Position numbers and translations under genes: made by a program. The notes beneath the pieces are model-generated. The model was not told the DNA's origin. It ran no database searches and saw only the letters and a program-made list of their open reading frames with translations. From Desulfosudaceae bacterium (GTDB lineage: Bacteria; Desulfobacterota; Desulfobacteria; Desulfobacterales; Desulfosudaceae), in the NCBI GenBank assembly GCA_963674745.2, contig CAXXDV010000003.1, positions 2,208,001-2,272,000 on the forward strand: 64,000 nucleotides of DNA. The letters run 5' to 3'. Shown here piece by piece: positions 10,211 through 21,518 of the stretch (the stretch's first letter is position 1; each line of letters opens with the position of its first letter).

Positions 10211-10302
10211 GAAAAAAGGGTAACAGATCTTGTTAAGAAGGAACAGGATAAAATTCAGGCGCTTTTCATATCAGGAAGGGCTCATGTGCTTGAGGCCGAC
10301 GG

Positions 10303-12012
10303 CTATCGCCAGGTAGAACCGGCACGGTTAATATCCGTGCCGAAATTAGACTGGGGGTTAGCGGCAGTACCGTTAAACGGCGTGGCGATGTTCATGCTCC
10401 GGGTCCTGCAGGAGGCCGGAGAAGCACTAAACGTCAATCGCGCGTTACTGCCAGCGGTGCCATTATCGCCATAATCGAGATTGGGGATGATCCATTCTTC
10501 ACTGGCAGAGGATACTTCATCCACCAGGCTGCGGTTGCCGCAAAGCACGATTTTCGTGTAGGGAACGGATATATCATTTATAGCCCAGCCACCGGTATGA
10601 TCCGCCCCAGCAACGTCGGCGAAGCCGTCCGCATCCCTGTCCGGATCGGCCTCCCGGAAGCGGCCGACACGCAGCTCACCGAGAATATATTCTTTCCTTG
10701 ACGGGGTCGTGCGCACGGCTCCTGAGGTCGATGTTCCCATGGACGATACCCCGCTGTCCGGATAATAAACCGTCCGGGAATAATGGCCGCAGAGATAAGC
10801 GATCAGATAGGTATCATTACCGTTTCTGCCATCGCAGTTTCTGCTAGACGTGGCCACTTCAATACGCATGGGGCGGGTGGGGCTGGTATAGCCGATCTGA
10901 TTTTGAATGTAATTTTGGGTATTCATGTTAAAGTTACCGCCTCCGGCGCTGGCGGCGTACTGTCCGATATAATTGGCGCGGGTATAGCTTCGTTGATGAT
11001 GAACACCCTGAACAAATTCTCCCGAGATATTCCAGTCCGTGAGAAAAGCATCCGGATCGGTGGTATCGGTATATGTATAATAATACGTGGAATTAAAAGA
11101 TTTCCAGTTGGGGTATGGCGTTGTCGAATCGCCTTTGTCGATGATGTCGCCGGCAAACATAACGCCGTTGGCCGTGGCCTCCTGGCCCTGTAAACCGAAA
11201 AAGCCCAGGGTACCGCCGCCGGGCCGCAACCCCAGCTCGCCCCCGATACCGGTATTGCCGCGGATAATATCTGAGGTATAAGGGTTATAAACAGCATTTC
11301 CGGCGGTGCGATGCCAGTTTAACCCATCGCCGTTCATGTCGGCATTGGAGTCAACAAAGGGACTGGCGCTGGCGGAGCCAACAAAAAAAAGGCGCTGAAA
11401 AGATGAAAGGGGTGAAATAATGGAGTACATGAATTTGTGTTTGTTCGGATCGACATATTTTTCCGCCCAGAAAAGCTCGCCCAATTTTAAACCAAACACA
11501 TCGTAGGCCGTATCGCCGGCCGTGCCGGGCACCACGAACTGACATAAATCCCAGTTCCAGAACATGGCGGTACTACCGTAACCTGTCATGGAAATAATAA
11601 CGGCATCCGTCGCAAGGCCGGTTAAAGCAGTTGCCTGGCTGCCGACATCTATGTCAAAACCCAGCCAGTTCACGTTAATCGGCGTGTTCTCATCTTCAAA
11701 ACTGCCGCAGAAGGCCATGGAATGGGCACCGGCATCATTAGTGCCTAAATTCAGATATTGGGCATTGCTGTCATCGGTAATCACAAACTTGGCATCCCAG
11801 GTCGTATCGGGGGTCAGGTCCAGCAGGAAATCATCGACCTGTAACAGGGTGGCGTCAAGGTCCGTGAAGTAAAGGTTGACGCCGCTCTGGCCCATTACAC
11901 TCCCCAGGTCCTCGTTGGACAGGGGCTTCATGGCGTCAGCCCGGTTAACGGTAACGGCAACCGTGAACACCATCATTCCCACCATGATAAGTCTTTTGAA
12001 TAAACCAGTCAT
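10303..12012 (-). CDS. Secreted protein with DUF6160/FilA-like N-terminal motif (large putative minor subunit)
   Basis: Signal peptide ending ADA, then MKPLSNEDLGSVMGQSGV; G/N/T/D-rich body. Confidence 0.7.
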   Translation of the reverse strand: MTGLFKRLIMVGMMVFTVAVTVNRADAMKPLSNEDLGSVMGQSGVNLYFTDLDATLLQVDDFLLDLTPDTTWDAKFVITDDSNAQYLNLGTNDAGAHSMAFCGSFEDENTPINVNWLGFDIDVGSQATALTGLATDAVIISMTGYGSTAMFWNWDLCQFVVPGTAGDTAYDVFGLKLGELFWAEKYVDPNKHKFMYSIISPLSSFQRLFFVGSASASPFVDSNADMNGDGLNWHRTAGNAVYNPYTSDIIRGNTGIGGELGLRPGGGTLGFFGLQGQEATANGVMFAGDIIDKGDSTTPYPNWKSFNSTYYYTYTDTTDPDAFLTDWNISGEFVQGVHHQRSYTRANYIGQYAASAGGGNFNMNTQNYIQNQIGYTSPTRPMRIEVATSSRNCDGRNGNDTYLIAYLCGHYSRTVYYPDSGVSSMGTSTSGAVRTTPSRKEYILGELRVGRFREADPDRDADGFADVAGADHTGGWAINDISVPYTKIVLCGNRSLVDEVSSASEEWIIPNLDYGDNGTAGSNARLTFSASPASCRTRSMNIATPFNGTAANPQSNFGTDINRAGSTWR

Positions 12013-12046
12013 GCGATTATCCTGTTTTCGGCCATCAAAGCCGGCT

Positions 12047-13282
12047 TTAATCGACGCTATTCAACCGCCAGGTGATGAACTCGTTTTCAAAATAGTGGTC
12101 GGGATCCTGCTCCAGGGGCGGCCAGTTGCGGTATTCGTTTACGCCGGCAATAACGTTCCAGCCGGAAAACCGCCGGTCGGTAATATCGACCATCAAAAAA
12201 AAGCCATGGTTCTTGTCCTGGAAATTACCCACAATGTTGTTGATCGATGTACCGTCGCCTCCGGACTGGATCTGGTTCATGTTGGTGTTGAACCAGAACT
12301 GTCGAAACGACCCCTGACTGGAGGTATCGGGATTAAACTGAAAACTTGAAAGCGACCAGAATTGATCAAGAATGGGATCCCGCTGCAATTGAAAACACAC
12401 CATATTGGTCAGGTCCGTGGCCTCGGGGGACAGCTTGGACATTTCGGCGTTCATCCAGCCGCTGGAAACAAGTGGCCTGACCGAAGAGTAACCATAAAGG
12501 CAGTTGGAGCCGAGGGCAAACCGCCTCAGCAGCTGGTCACTTTCCCCCCAGTTACTGAACTCGGCCCGGAGCACAAGGCCGTATATCCGCATGGGGTACT
12601 CTTCGCTGAAACCCATTTTGAGATTTTCCCAGTTAATGTCCCATTGGGTTTCCGGATGGTCACTGCATTGGGTTGAACCGAAATAATTCCATGGGCGAGT
12701 GGCTGACAAATTAACATATTGACCCAGAGTGATCCGGTTGCCGGTGCGGGCAGAGGAACTATAACGATCATGGATCCTGTCTTCCCGGTTACTGTTTGTA
12801 GATTCATATGGGTTATCACCAGCTGAGCCACCATAAGTAGCTGATATCTCTTGATTACCTCTGGTGTTTGATCTGTTCTGGGGGCCATAGACCATGGTGT
12901 AATCGGAATCCATGGAAGCCATATCACCCAGTTCCGAGACGGTCCGGGGATAATTCCCCATCTTGAGGGCGCCGATTTCGCCATAATTTTCAAGGTAGAT
13001 ATCACTGGAAAAACGGACTACGGTAACACTCTCGCCCATACCGGTATTTACGGAATCGTAAAAATCGTCCTGGCTGATGGCCATTTCAAGGAGATGTCCG
13101 CCTTCAAGCTCGCCCAGCTCGTGGTTGGTCATGGCATTAAGACCGGCCGATACTGGTAGAGACGAAAAAATCATCATCAAAATACCCAGAAGCGCCAGCA
13201 AACCGGGCTGAACGCTGCAACGGGCACATACGACATGTTTCTTTTTTACTGCACGACCTTCGATCTGAACCCCCATATTCAA
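12047..13282 (-). CDS. Secreted protein with double-glycine-like pro-leader
   Basis: Hydrophobic segment ending PVSA, then GLNAMTNHELGELEGG; start codon uncertain (TTG 13282 or ATG 13276). Confidence 0.65.
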   Translation of the reverse strand: MNMGVQIEGRAVKKKHVVCARCSVQPGLLALLGILMMIFSSLPVSAGLNAMTNHELGELEGGHLLEMAISQDDFYDSVNTGMGESVTVVRFSSDIYLENYGEIGALKMGNYPRTVSELGDMASMDSDYTMVYGPQNRSNTRGNQEISATYGGSAGDNPYESTNSNREDRIHDRYSSSARTGNRITLGQYVNLSATRPWNYFGSTQCSDHPETQWDINWENLKMGFSEEYPMRIYGLVLRAEFSNWGESDQLLRRFALGSNCLYGYSSVRPLVSSGWMNAEMSKLSPEATDLTNMVCFQLQRDPILDQFWSLSSFQFNPDTSSQGSFRQFWFNTNMNQIQSGGDGTSINNIVGNFQDKNHGFFLMVDITDRRFSGWNVIAGVNEYRNWPPLEQDPDHYFENEFITWRLNSVD

Positions 13283-13300
13283 CCGCCTGAAATTGTATCC

Positions 13301-13349
13301 GCAAACAGTGTTTACTAAAAGAATCTACCAGATATGGAACCAATGTCAA
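13301..13349 (-). promoter_or_regulatory. Sigma70-like promoter with downstream palindromic operator
   Basis: TTGACA (13349-13344), 16 nt, TGG-TAGATT (-10 at 13327-13322), then GTAAACACTGTTTGC (13315-13301). Confidence 0.6.
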
Positions 13350-13392
13350 GTATAATTTAGCCGTCCATCAGAAATGTTGACAAGGAATATGA

Positions 13393-13432
13393 TTCAGTGG
13401 TTATGTGATTATGTGGTTATGTGATTATGTGG
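13393..13432. repeat. 8-bp tandem repeat array (TTAWGTGD), 5 units
   Basis: ttcagtgg ttatgtga ttatgtgg ttatgtga ttatgtgg. Confidence 0.85.
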
Positions 13433-13679
13433 TTTCAGGGCCATGAGCCTTGTTTACGATTCCGTTATTATTCTATTCATATTGCTCATCACATAGACAC
13501 AAACTCGTAAATATCTTAAATCATAAAATTTAGGAAAAAATTCTGGCTGCGAAACGAAGATGACAAGATCAAAGCGTCACGAATCTAATACCGTGCGCTA
13601 AACAACATTGAGATTTCAAGGGACGCGGCGCAACACTGACATGGGGCTTTTTGTGAAGCCATCAAGAGCACTAACGATA

Positions 13680-13719
13680 GCACCTAAACACTTAATCACA
13701 TAACCTCCTAATCACATTT
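13680..13719. repeat. 8-bp repeat array, opposite orientation, degenerate
   Basis: cacctaa acacttaa tcacataa cctcctaa tcacattt. Confidence 0.7.
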
Positions 13720-13731
13720 GTTGTCCGAAAT

Positions 13732-15981
13732 ATGTCGCACTGGCTTCACAAACATACCGGGGCATTGATCAAGGTCCGCGATCCATGGCGGACCTTGCTG
13801 GTGCTGTCAGTGTTGGGGATGATATGTGTAACTGTTTACGGCAACACGTTAAACGCGCCGTTTATGTTTGACGATGTGACCAACATCACCAAAAATCCCC
13901 GGATTTACATCCAGGCGCTGACCTTGGATTCCCTATCAGATTTTCTCAAGGATGATACGCTGAACCGTCCCCTGGCATATTTTACCTTTGCCCTGGATTA
14001 TTACGTTCACCGTTTTGACGTCACCGGATATCACATCGTTAACTGGCTGATCCATCTTGCAAGCGGTCTGCTGGTCTATTTTCTGACACGTCAGACGCTG
14101 CGGTTAATGAACAAAAACATTCCGGGCGCCCCATTTCTGGCAGCAGCCCTATGGATGACCAATCCCGTGCATACCCAGTCGGTCACCTACATCGTTCAGC
14201 GGATGAACGCCTTGTCGGCCATGTTCTACCTCGCCTCCCTGGTGTTTTACATCCGGGCCCGGACCGGCCAATTGATGGGTAAACGTCCGAAAAAAAAGTC
14301 ATTTATCTTATTTTTCCTGAGCGCGGGAGCGGGCATCTGCTCGCTGGCGTCAAAACAGATTGCCGTCACCCTGCCGCTGGTCCTGTTTCTGTATGAGTGG
14401 TTTTTTATCCAGGACCTGCGCAAAACCTTTGTTAAAAAGCAAACGGCCTGGATATTAACCATCGTTGCGGGCATCACCCTTTTGGCACTGATTTTTTTGA
14501 AAGGCAACCCGGTCTCGGCCATCATGTCCGACTATGACAAGCAGCCCTTTACCATGGGCGAACGTCTGCTGACCCAGCCCCGGGTGATTGCTCAATATCT
14601 TTCATTACTGCTGCTGCCCTTGCCGGAGCGCTTGAGCCTCGAGCACTGGGTGCCCGTCTCGAGAACCCTGACAAGCCCCGCCACCACCTTGCCGGCCCTC
14701 GGCCTGTTGATGCTGATAACGCTCACAGCCGTTCTCAGAGCCAAAAAAAACCGCCTGTTCGCCTTTACCGTGTTCTGGTTCCTGATCACCCTGGCCGTGG
14801 AATCTTCTTTTATCGGCCTGGCCTTAATGTTTGAACACCGCACCTATCTGCCCTCGGTCTTTCTGTTCATCACCATCACCTGCGGCCTGCGGCAACATGT
14901 CCGGCCCGGCTGGCTGGCAACGGCAACAATGATCGTGCTGATCGCTGTCTCCGGGTTTTGGACCCGGCAGCGAAATGATGTCTGGGCCGATGAGGTCCGG
15001 TTCTGGCAGGACAACATCAAAAAATCGCCCAAAAGCATCCGGCCCTACAACAATCTGGGTGTCGCCCTGGCTGTAAATGGCCGTTATGAGGAAGGTATCG
15101 CCGCCTGCCTGCAATCCATCGCCCTGTCGTCGCCGGCGACCAACACCGCCAACGCCTACAACAACATCAGCAGGATGTATCAAAAACAGGGCGACAGCAC
15201 CAGGGCCATTGCCTACGGCAGGCGGGCCATCGAGATTGATCCGGGTCTGGGCGAGGCGCACCTGAACCTGGGTAAAGCGCTGCTGGCAGAGAACGATCTG
15301 GACGAAGCCGTCACCCACCTTGAAAAAGCGATTGAACTGGCACCCCTTTTGACACCGGCATACACCATACTGGCGCAGGCGTATTACAGCAAGGATGGTA
15401 ATGTGGACAACGCCATCAATATCTGCCGCCAGGCCCTTCTGACTGATCCCGAAAATGCGGCTGCTGAAGTTTTCATGGCCGGCCTGTTACAGCAATCAGG
15501 GAAACCGCAGCAGTCACTGGCACACCTGCAGCGCGTTCTTGACAAGCACCCGGTAAATCCGCAGGCCAATCTCTATGCCGGCATAGCGTTCAATATGATG
15601 GGAAAACCGGACCGGGCGATCGCCCATCTCCTCCGGGCCGCAAAGGCCATACCGGACAACGCCCGGATTGAAAATGAGCTGGCATCGGCCCTGACGGCCG
15701 TCAACCAGCAGGCCATGGTGCTTGCCGGTCAAGGGCAGTTCAAAAAAGCCGCCGGCATTCTGGAAACGCTTGAAGCGCTAATGCCGGGGTCACCGACCGT
15801 CTCTTACAACCTGGCCTGCCTCTATGCCCTGCAAAATCAGGTTGATCAGTCGGTCCGTCATCTGAAAAAAGCACTAAAAAAAGGATACGACGACTGGGAA
15901 ACCCTGCGGACGGACTCAGACCTGGAGACTATTCGGGGGACAGCGATCTATCAGGAACTGGTTTCGCCCCAGGAGAGATAA
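13732..15981 (+). CDS. TMTC-like GT-C glycosyltransferase with TPR repeats
   Basis: PFMFDD, NPVHTQSVTYIVQR, ASKQ, FEHRTYLPS, TPRs, terminal YNLAC..GY..W...D.DL motif. Confidence 0.88.
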   Translation: MSHWLHKHTGALIKVRDPWRTLLVLSVLGMICVTVYGNTLNAPFMFDDVTNITKNPRIYIQALTLDSLSDFLKDDTLNRPLAYFTFALDYYVHRFDVTGYHIVNWLIHLASGLLVYFLTRQTLRLMNKNIPGAPFLAAALWMTNPVHTQSVTYIVQRMNALSAMFYLASLVFYIRARTGQLMGKRPKKKSFILFFLSAGAGICSLASKQIAVTLPLVLFLYEWFFIQDLRKTFVKKQTAWILTIVAGITLLALIFLKGNPVSAIMSDYDKQPFTMGERLLTQPRVIAQYLSLLLLPLPERLSLEHWVPVSRTLTSPATTLPALGLLMLITLTAVLRAKKNRLFAFTVFWFLITLAVESSFIGLALMFEHRTYLPSVFLFITITCGLRQHVRPGWLATATMIVLIAVSGFWTRQRNDVWADEVRFWQDNIKKSPKSIRPYNNLGVALAVNGRYEEGIAACLQSIALSSPATNTANAYNNISRMYQKQGDSTRAIAYGRRAIEIDPGLGEAHLNLGKALLAENDLDEAVTHLEKAIELAPLLTPAYTILAQAYYSKDGNVDNAINICRQALLTDPENAAAEVFMAGLLQQSGKPQQSLAHLQRVLDKHPVNPQANLYAGIAFNMMGKPDRAIAHLLRAAKAIPDNARIENELASALTAVNQQAMVLAGQGQFKKAAGILETLEALMPGSPTVSYNLACLYALQNQVDQSVRHLKKALKKGYDDWETLRTDSDLETIRGTAIYQELVSPQER

Positions 15982-15985
15982 ACGT

Positions 15986-18145
15986 ATGATTACCGTAAAT
16001 CATAATGAAGAATTAACCTTCCGCAAAACGGCCCTGGCTGTTTTTCTGCTGATCTACGCCATTGGCGCCCTGATTTACGGCCATTGTCTTTCAGCCCCGT
16101 TTTATTTCGATGACATGGAAAGCATCGTTGAAAACCCCCACGTTCGAATTACCCGGCCGGTCTCATCCGAAAAACTGGAAAAAATCGTGAAAGAGGAACC
16201 CGGCAGTCGCCTGCTGCCCATAATAACCTTTGGTCTCAACCACTATTTTGATCAATACCAGCCCGGCGGCTATCGCCTGGTCAACATGATCATTCATTTA
16301 ATAAACAGCTGGCTGGTTTTCTGTCTGGCATGGCAGACATTACGTCTATGCGGTAAGGCCCCTTTTTTCATTTCCCTGGCGTCAGGCCTGATCTGGCTGA
16401 CCATACCGGTACATACCCAGTCCGTTACCTACATCGTTCAACGCATGAACAGCCTGGCCGCCATGTTTTATCTGCTGGCCCTCTTATGCTATATTCAGGC
16501 CCGTCAGCACCGGCTTAATGGCACCGGGGTACGCGTTATACTATTCTGGTCCGGCGGATGCCTGCTGGCCGGTATCCTGGGATTGGCCTCCAAGGAAACA
16601 ACCGCCACCCTGCCCCTGTTTATTCTTCTGTATGACCGGTACTTCTTTTACGGCAGTAAGCGTTCCGGGCTGACAAAGAACTGGCGTATCCCGGCACTGG
16701 TGGTCTTACTGTTCGGTTTAATCGCCATTGTCTACCTTGGCTGCGACCCCGTGGAGAAACTTGCCGCCACCTATGCCGACAAGCCTTTTTCGCCGGTTCA
16801 GCGGCTTCTGACCGAACCCCTCGTTATTGTTTACTATCTTTCATTGCTGGCTTTTGCCCATCCGGACAGGCTCACCCTGGATTACGATTTTCCCCTTTCC
16901 AATGCAGTGACGGACCCCACCGTCAACCTGTTGGCGTATACCGCCCTGACGTTTCTGTTCATAATGATGTTTTACGCAACACGTAAAAACCGGTTGATAT
17001 CTTTTGCGCTTTTATGGTTTTTCGGCAATCTGCTCATCGAATCTTCGGTTGTCGGCCTGGCCCTGATTTTCGAACACCGGACCTATCTTCCCTCGATCTT
17101 CCCCGTTATTGCCCTGGTTGTTTACCTGACGGACCGTCTTTCTCCCCGCCCGCTGGCAATAGCCGTTATCAGCGCCATCATCATCTGCAACAGTTTCTGG
17201 ACATTTCAGCGCAACATTACCTGGCAGAACCGAACCGCTTTCTGGGAAGACGGGTGCAAGAAAGCCCCGATGCTGACCCGTCCTCATAATAATTTCGGAC
17301 TGGCACTGGCTAAAGCAGGCGACCAGGAAGCGGCAAAGGTTGAATATCAAAAAGCCATCGCCCTGAGCGGCGGAAAAAAAGCACCGCCTTATAACAATCT
17401 GGGAATGCTTTTATACCTTGCGGGGAATACGGACAATGCCATTGAGCATTTTTTAAAGGCCATAGAAACGGAACCGGATTTTGCCAAGGCATACATGAAC
17501 CTGGGCGTCATCAGGGGTGAACAAAAAAGCTACCGACAGGCCATCCGGTTGTTGGAAACGGCCATTGCGCTGCACCCCGACAATTCGGAAGCGCATAATG
17601 CCCTGGGAAAAATCTACTATGAGTCCGGACAGACGCATGACGCCATCCGACACTGTCAACTTGCGCTTAAGCTCGACCAGAGCAATGCCAATGCTGAGAA
17701 CAACCTGGGCGCTATTTTGCTGGGTACCGGCCGCGCTGAACAGGCCCTGCCGCATTTAACCCGGGCCATTTCCCTGTCACCCGAGGTCCCGGAAACCAAT
17801 ATCAATATCGGCCTTGCGTATAAGCAGCTGGGCAATCCGATCATGGCCGTTTTTCATCTTTTCCGAGCGGTTTACCTGGCGCCGGAATACGCGGCGGCCA
17901 GGGCCGAACTCGGGCTCTTCCTGCTGGATGAAGGCAAATACCAGGACGCACGAACGCATCTTGAAAAAGCGATAGCGCTTCAACCCGACCTTGTCAAGGC
18001 GCGTCTGGGACTGGCATCCGTTTTTGAAAACCAGAACCTGACGGATGAAGCGATCAGGCAATATCAAAAAATTATTGCCGACCATCCGGATATTGATATT
18101 GCGCATGAACGATTAAAAGCGCTGGAGAAGAAAACGGAAAACTGA
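15986..18145 (+). CDS. TMTC-like GT-C glycosyltransferase with TPR repeats
   Basis: PFYFDD, PVHTQSVTYIVQR, ASKE, FEHRTYLPS, multiple TPRs; lacks the terminal YNLAC motif. Confidence 0.88.
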   Translation: MITVNHNEELTFRKTALAVFLLIYAIGALIYGHCLSAPFYFDDMESIVENPHVRITRPVSSEKLEKIVKEEPGSRLLPIITFGLNHYFDQYQPGGYRLVNMIIHLINSWLVFCLAWQTLRLCGKAPFFISLASGLIWLTIPVHTQSVTYIVQRMNSLAAMFYLLALLCYIQARQHRLNGTGVRVILFWSGGCLLAGILGLASKETTATLPLFILLYDRYFFYGSKRSGLTKNWRIPALVVLLFGLIAIVYLGCDPVEKLAATYADKPFSPVQRLLTEPLVIVYYLSLLAFAHPDRLTLDYDFPLSNAVTDPTVNLLAYTALTFLFIMMFYATRKNRLISFALLWFFGNLLIESSVVGLALIFEHRTYLPSIFPVIALVVYLTDRLSPRPLAIAVISAIIICNSFWTFQRNITWQNRTAFWEDGCKKAPMLTRPHNNFGLALAKAGDQEAAKVEYQKAIALSGGKKAPPYNNLGMLLYLAGNTDNAIEHFLKAIETEPDFAKAYMNLGVIRGEQKSYRQAIRLLETAIALHPDNSEAHNALGKIYYESGQTHDAIRHCQLALKLDQSNANAENNLGAILLGTGRAEQALPHLTRAISLSPEVPETNINIGLAYKQLGNPIMAVFHLFRAVYLAPEYAAARAELGLFLLDEGKYQDARTHLEKAIALQPDLVKARLGLASVFENQNLTDEAIRQYQKIIADHPDIDIAHERLKALEKKTEN

Positions 18146-18222
18146 AGTGACAATTGATCGTCATCCCGGTTTTGCCGAAAAACCCTTTTTACATCTTTGC
18201 CGACTTCGACTAAAATAGCCGC

Positions 18223-20496
18223 ATGCTAAAATACTGTTGCTCTAAATCCGGGTATCTCTTTGCCGCAGCCATCCTCGCCGTTGTCGGCTGGTACCTGTAT
18301 GCCCCCGCTTTCCATGCGCCGTTCGTGTTTGACGATCTGCCCCAGATCATTGAAAACCCCCATATCCGAATAACCGGATATTCATCGGATATTCCGGCAC
18401 GTTTGATGAACTGCCGCAATCCCAACCGGTTTCTGGCCTATGCCACCTTTGCCCTGAACTATTATGTTCATCAATACGACGTAGCCGGATACCGTGTCGT
18501 CAACGTCGTTATCCATATCATTACGGCTTTCCTTGTTTTTCTGACCGCCAGACTGACCTTAGACCCGGATGGCCGCAAGCGGTCCGTGTTACTGCCGTTT
18601 CTGGCCGCCGCCCTGTGGATGGTCAACCCGGTCCACACCCAGTCGGTGACCTATATCGTTCAGCGCATGAACGCCATGGCCGCCATGTTTACCCTTCTGG
18701 CGCTGTGCTGCTTTGTCCGGGCAAGATTAATGCAGAGGTCCGGCAAACACGGTCTCAAGCCGATCCTGTTTTATGCCGGGGCCGGGGTTTCCGGCCTGTG
18801 CGGCCTGGCCGCCAAGGAAACCACCGCCATCCTGCCGGTCGTGATGATGCTTTACGAATGGTATTTTTTCCAGGACCTGAGCCGTAACTGGATGAAAAAA
18901 CAGCTGGCCCGGATAAGTATCGTACTGGTATTGCTGGTCATCATCAGCCTGGTGTACATGGGCGGACATCCCGTTGACAAGCTGACAGGCATATATGAAA
19001 GTCAGGACTTCACCCCGGGCCAGCGCCTGCTGACCGAGCCGCGGGTGGTCCTGTACTACCTGACCCTGCTTTTTTTCCCTCATCCGACCCGGCTCAACCT
19101 GGATTATAACTTCCCCCTGTCCCTGTCCCTGCTCAATCCGGCCACGACCCTGCCGGCCATCCTGGCCCTGCTGGGCCTGGTCGTTGCCGCCGCCTACACG
19201 GCCAAAAAGCACCGGCTGTGTTCATTTGCCATTGCCTGGTTTCTGGTTACCCTGGTCATTGAATCATCGTTTATCGGGCTGGCCCTTGTTTTTGAGCACC
19301 GCACCTACCTGCCATCCGTGTTCCCGGCCATAGCCGTCACCTGTTTTCTCGTCCGCCAGGTCAAACCGCTCCCGGTGGGCGTCATGATCGTTATCGCGGC
19401 CATTATTTTATGCGGTTACAACACCTACCAGCGAAACCGTGTCTGGGACAGCACCCTGGCTTTCTGGCAGGATTGCCGTGCCAAATTCCCCAACAAACCC
19501 CGTATCCTCAACAATCTGGGGATGGCATACAAAGAAATCAATAAAACCGTTGAAGCCCGCCGGGCATTCGAAGCTGCCCTCGCCAGTGATCCCGAATGGA
19601 TATATGCACTTAACAACCTGGGTACGATTGTGCTCGAAGAGGATAACCCCGAACAAGCCGCAGGATTTTTTGAAAAAGCAATTCTAATTGAACCGGGTTA
19701 TTACGAAGCCCATTATAATCTTGGATTGGCCCTGATGGAAATGAATCGGGTCGGACCGGCGATCCAGTCGTTTAAGAAGGCACTGGAATTCAACCCCTTT
19801 TACGAAAAAGCACACAACAATCTGGGAGCAGCCTTGATACAGCGACTTGACCTTGACCTGGCAATTGAGCATTTTCAGCGCACCCTTTCCCTGGATCCGT
19901 TCTTTAGCCAGGCATACAGCAATTTGGGCGTCGCTTTTTATAAAAAAGGCATGGTTGACAAGGCCATTGAGTGCTTCAACAAGACTCTGGATATCGACCC
20001 CTTTCATCTTGACGCTTATAACAATATGCGATGGGTAAAATCAAAATCAAAAAAATACCGGGATACCATTATCGGCCTCAAAAAACGCCTTGCCCGCGAT
20101 CCGGATAATCCCCGGTTGTGTTTCCGTCTTGCCGAAACCTATAACCGGGCCGGCATGACCGGACTCGCCCTGGAATACTATGAGAACGCCTTAGCCCTGC
20201 AACCGAATGCGATCGACGCCCTGCTCATCATGGGCGATTTCTACGCCGCCCATTATCGATACCAGCTGGCAGCCGATATTTATGAACGGCTGGCGGACCT
20301 GCGGCCGGAGTCCGCGAATGTGCATTATAATCTTGCATGCCTTTATGCGCTTCAAAACAAGCCGGAGAAAGCCGTAGCCGAACTGAAAGCGGCCGTTAAC
20401 AAGGGTTATGGCGACTGGGGGAAAATCGCCTCGGATAAAGATCTTGAAAATATCCATGACACAGCGTATTTTAAAAAAATTGTGAATAACCTTTAA
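18223..20496 (+). CDS. TMTC-like GT-C glycosyltransferase with TPR repeats
   Basis: PFVFDD, NPVHTQSVTYIVQR, AAKE, FEHRTYLPS, TPRs, terminal YNLAC motif. Confidence 0.88.
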   Translation: MLKYCCSKSGYLFAAAILAVVGWYLYAPAFHAPFVFDDLPQIIENPHIRITGYSSDIPARLMNCRNPNRFLAYATFALNYYVHQYDVAGYRVVNVVIHIITAFLVFLTARLTLDPDGRKRSVLLPFLAAALWMVNPVHTQSVTYIVQRMNAMAAMFTLLALCCFVRARLMQRSGKHGLKPILFYAGAGVSGLCGLAAKETTAILPVVMMLYEWYFFQDLSRNWMKKQLARISIVLVLLVIISLVYMGGHPVDKLTGIYESQDFTPGQRLLTEPRVVLYYLTLLFFPHPTRLNLDYNFPLSLSLLNPATTLPAILALLGLVVAAAYTAKKHRLCSFAIAWFLVTLVIESSFIGLALVFEHRTYLPSVFPAIAVTCFLVRQVKPLPVGVMIVIAAIILCGYNTYQRNRVWDSTLAFWQDCRAKFPNKPRILNNLGMAYKEINKTVEARRAFEAALASDPEWIYALNNLGTIVLEEDNPEQAAGFFEKAILIEPGYYEAHYNLGLALMEMNRVGPAIQSFKKALEFNPFYEKAHNNLGAALIQRLDLDLAIEHFQRTLSLDPFFSQAYSNLGVAFYKKGMVDKAIECFNKTLDIDPFHLDAYNNMRWVKSKSKKYRDTIIGLKKRLARDPDNPRLCFRLAETYNRAGMTGLALEYYENALALQPNAIDALLIMGDFYAAHYRYQLAADIYERLADLRPESANVHYNLACLYALQNKPEKAVAELKAAVNKGYGDWGKIASDKDLENIHDTAYFKKIVNNL

Positions 20497-20507
20497 CAGA
20501 TTCGGGG

Positions 20508-21509
20508 GTGCAAATGAAAGTACTGGTAACCGGTGGAGCAGGCTATATCGGGAGTCTGGTCGTAGAGGAGTTATTGAAAAGCGGTCACCGACCGGTTATA
20601 TTTGATCTTTTTAACTGGGGTCGTGAATCCATTGGATCCTTCGGCGACAAAATCGATATTTATGAAGGGGATTGTCGCAACTCCAGGGATATTATTTATG
20701 CCCTGGAGGGGGTCGATGCCATCATTCACCTGGCCGGTATCGTGGGGGAGTTCGCCTGCCAGAGCAACCATAAAGCTCACTTTTCCATCAATGTGGAAAG
20801 TACCCGCACGCTCATCAACTGCTGTACCGACCCGGAACTGGATCTTGTAAGGGATTTTATTTTTGCCTCTTCCTGTTCAGTATACGGAAATGTTAAGGGC
20901 CTATATCGGGAAGTAACCGAAGACACGCCGACAGCCCCTCTTTCCGAGTACGCCCATGCCAAACTCCGGGCGGAAAAAATCATTTTTGACAGGGCCGCAG
21001 AAATACCGCACTTCCATCCTACCGTGCTGCGGCTGACCACCGTTTTCGGCTGGTCGCCCCGGCCCCGACTGGACCTGGTAACCAACCTGTTTGCATACAA
21101 GGCATGGAAAGAAGGGAAAATGACCATCTTCGGAGACGGTCAGCAGTATCGTTCGTTGATTCATGTGCGCGACATCGCCTGCGCCCTGGTACAGACATTA
21201 AATGCCCCCCGGTTCATGCGGGATCGGAAAATTTTTCACCTGGGCGAAGAAAAAAACAACAAAACGGTCCGGGAAGTAGCTGAAATCGTTCAGCAACGTA
21301 TCCCTCAGGCAACTATTGAAATCAGTGAAGCCAAACCGACCGACCGACGGGATTACCAGATCAACTGTCAACGGCTTAAAAACACCATCGGTTGGGAAGC
21401 GCAATACAGCGTGGCGGACGGCATTAATGAACTGGTGGAAAAATTTGAAACCATGAATCTGGATTGGGATTCGTGGAAATATCGAAACAATAATTTTAAA
21501 TATGTATAA
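20508..21509 (+). CDS. NAD-dependent epimerase/dehydratase (extended SDR)
   Basis: VTGGAGYIGS, ASSCSVYG, YAHAK (YxxxK), IHVRD. Confidence 0.92.
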   Translation: MQMKVLVTGGAGYIGSLVVEELLKSGHRPVIFDLFNWGRESIGSFGDKIDIYEGDCRNSRDIIYALEGVDAIIHLAGIVGEFACQSNHKAHFSINVESTRTLINCCTDPELDLVRDFIFASSCSVYGNVKGLYREVTEDTPTAPLSEYAHAKLRAEKIIFDRAAEIPHFHPTVLRLTTVFGWSPRPRLDLVTNLFAYKAWKEGKMTIFGDGQQYRSLIHVRDIACALVQTLNAPRFMRDRKIFHLGEEKNNKTVREVAEIVQQRIPQATIEISEAKPTDRRDYQINCQRLKNTIGWEAQYSVADGINELVEKFETMNLDWDSWKYRNNNFKYV

Positions 21510-21518
21510 GGCACAGCT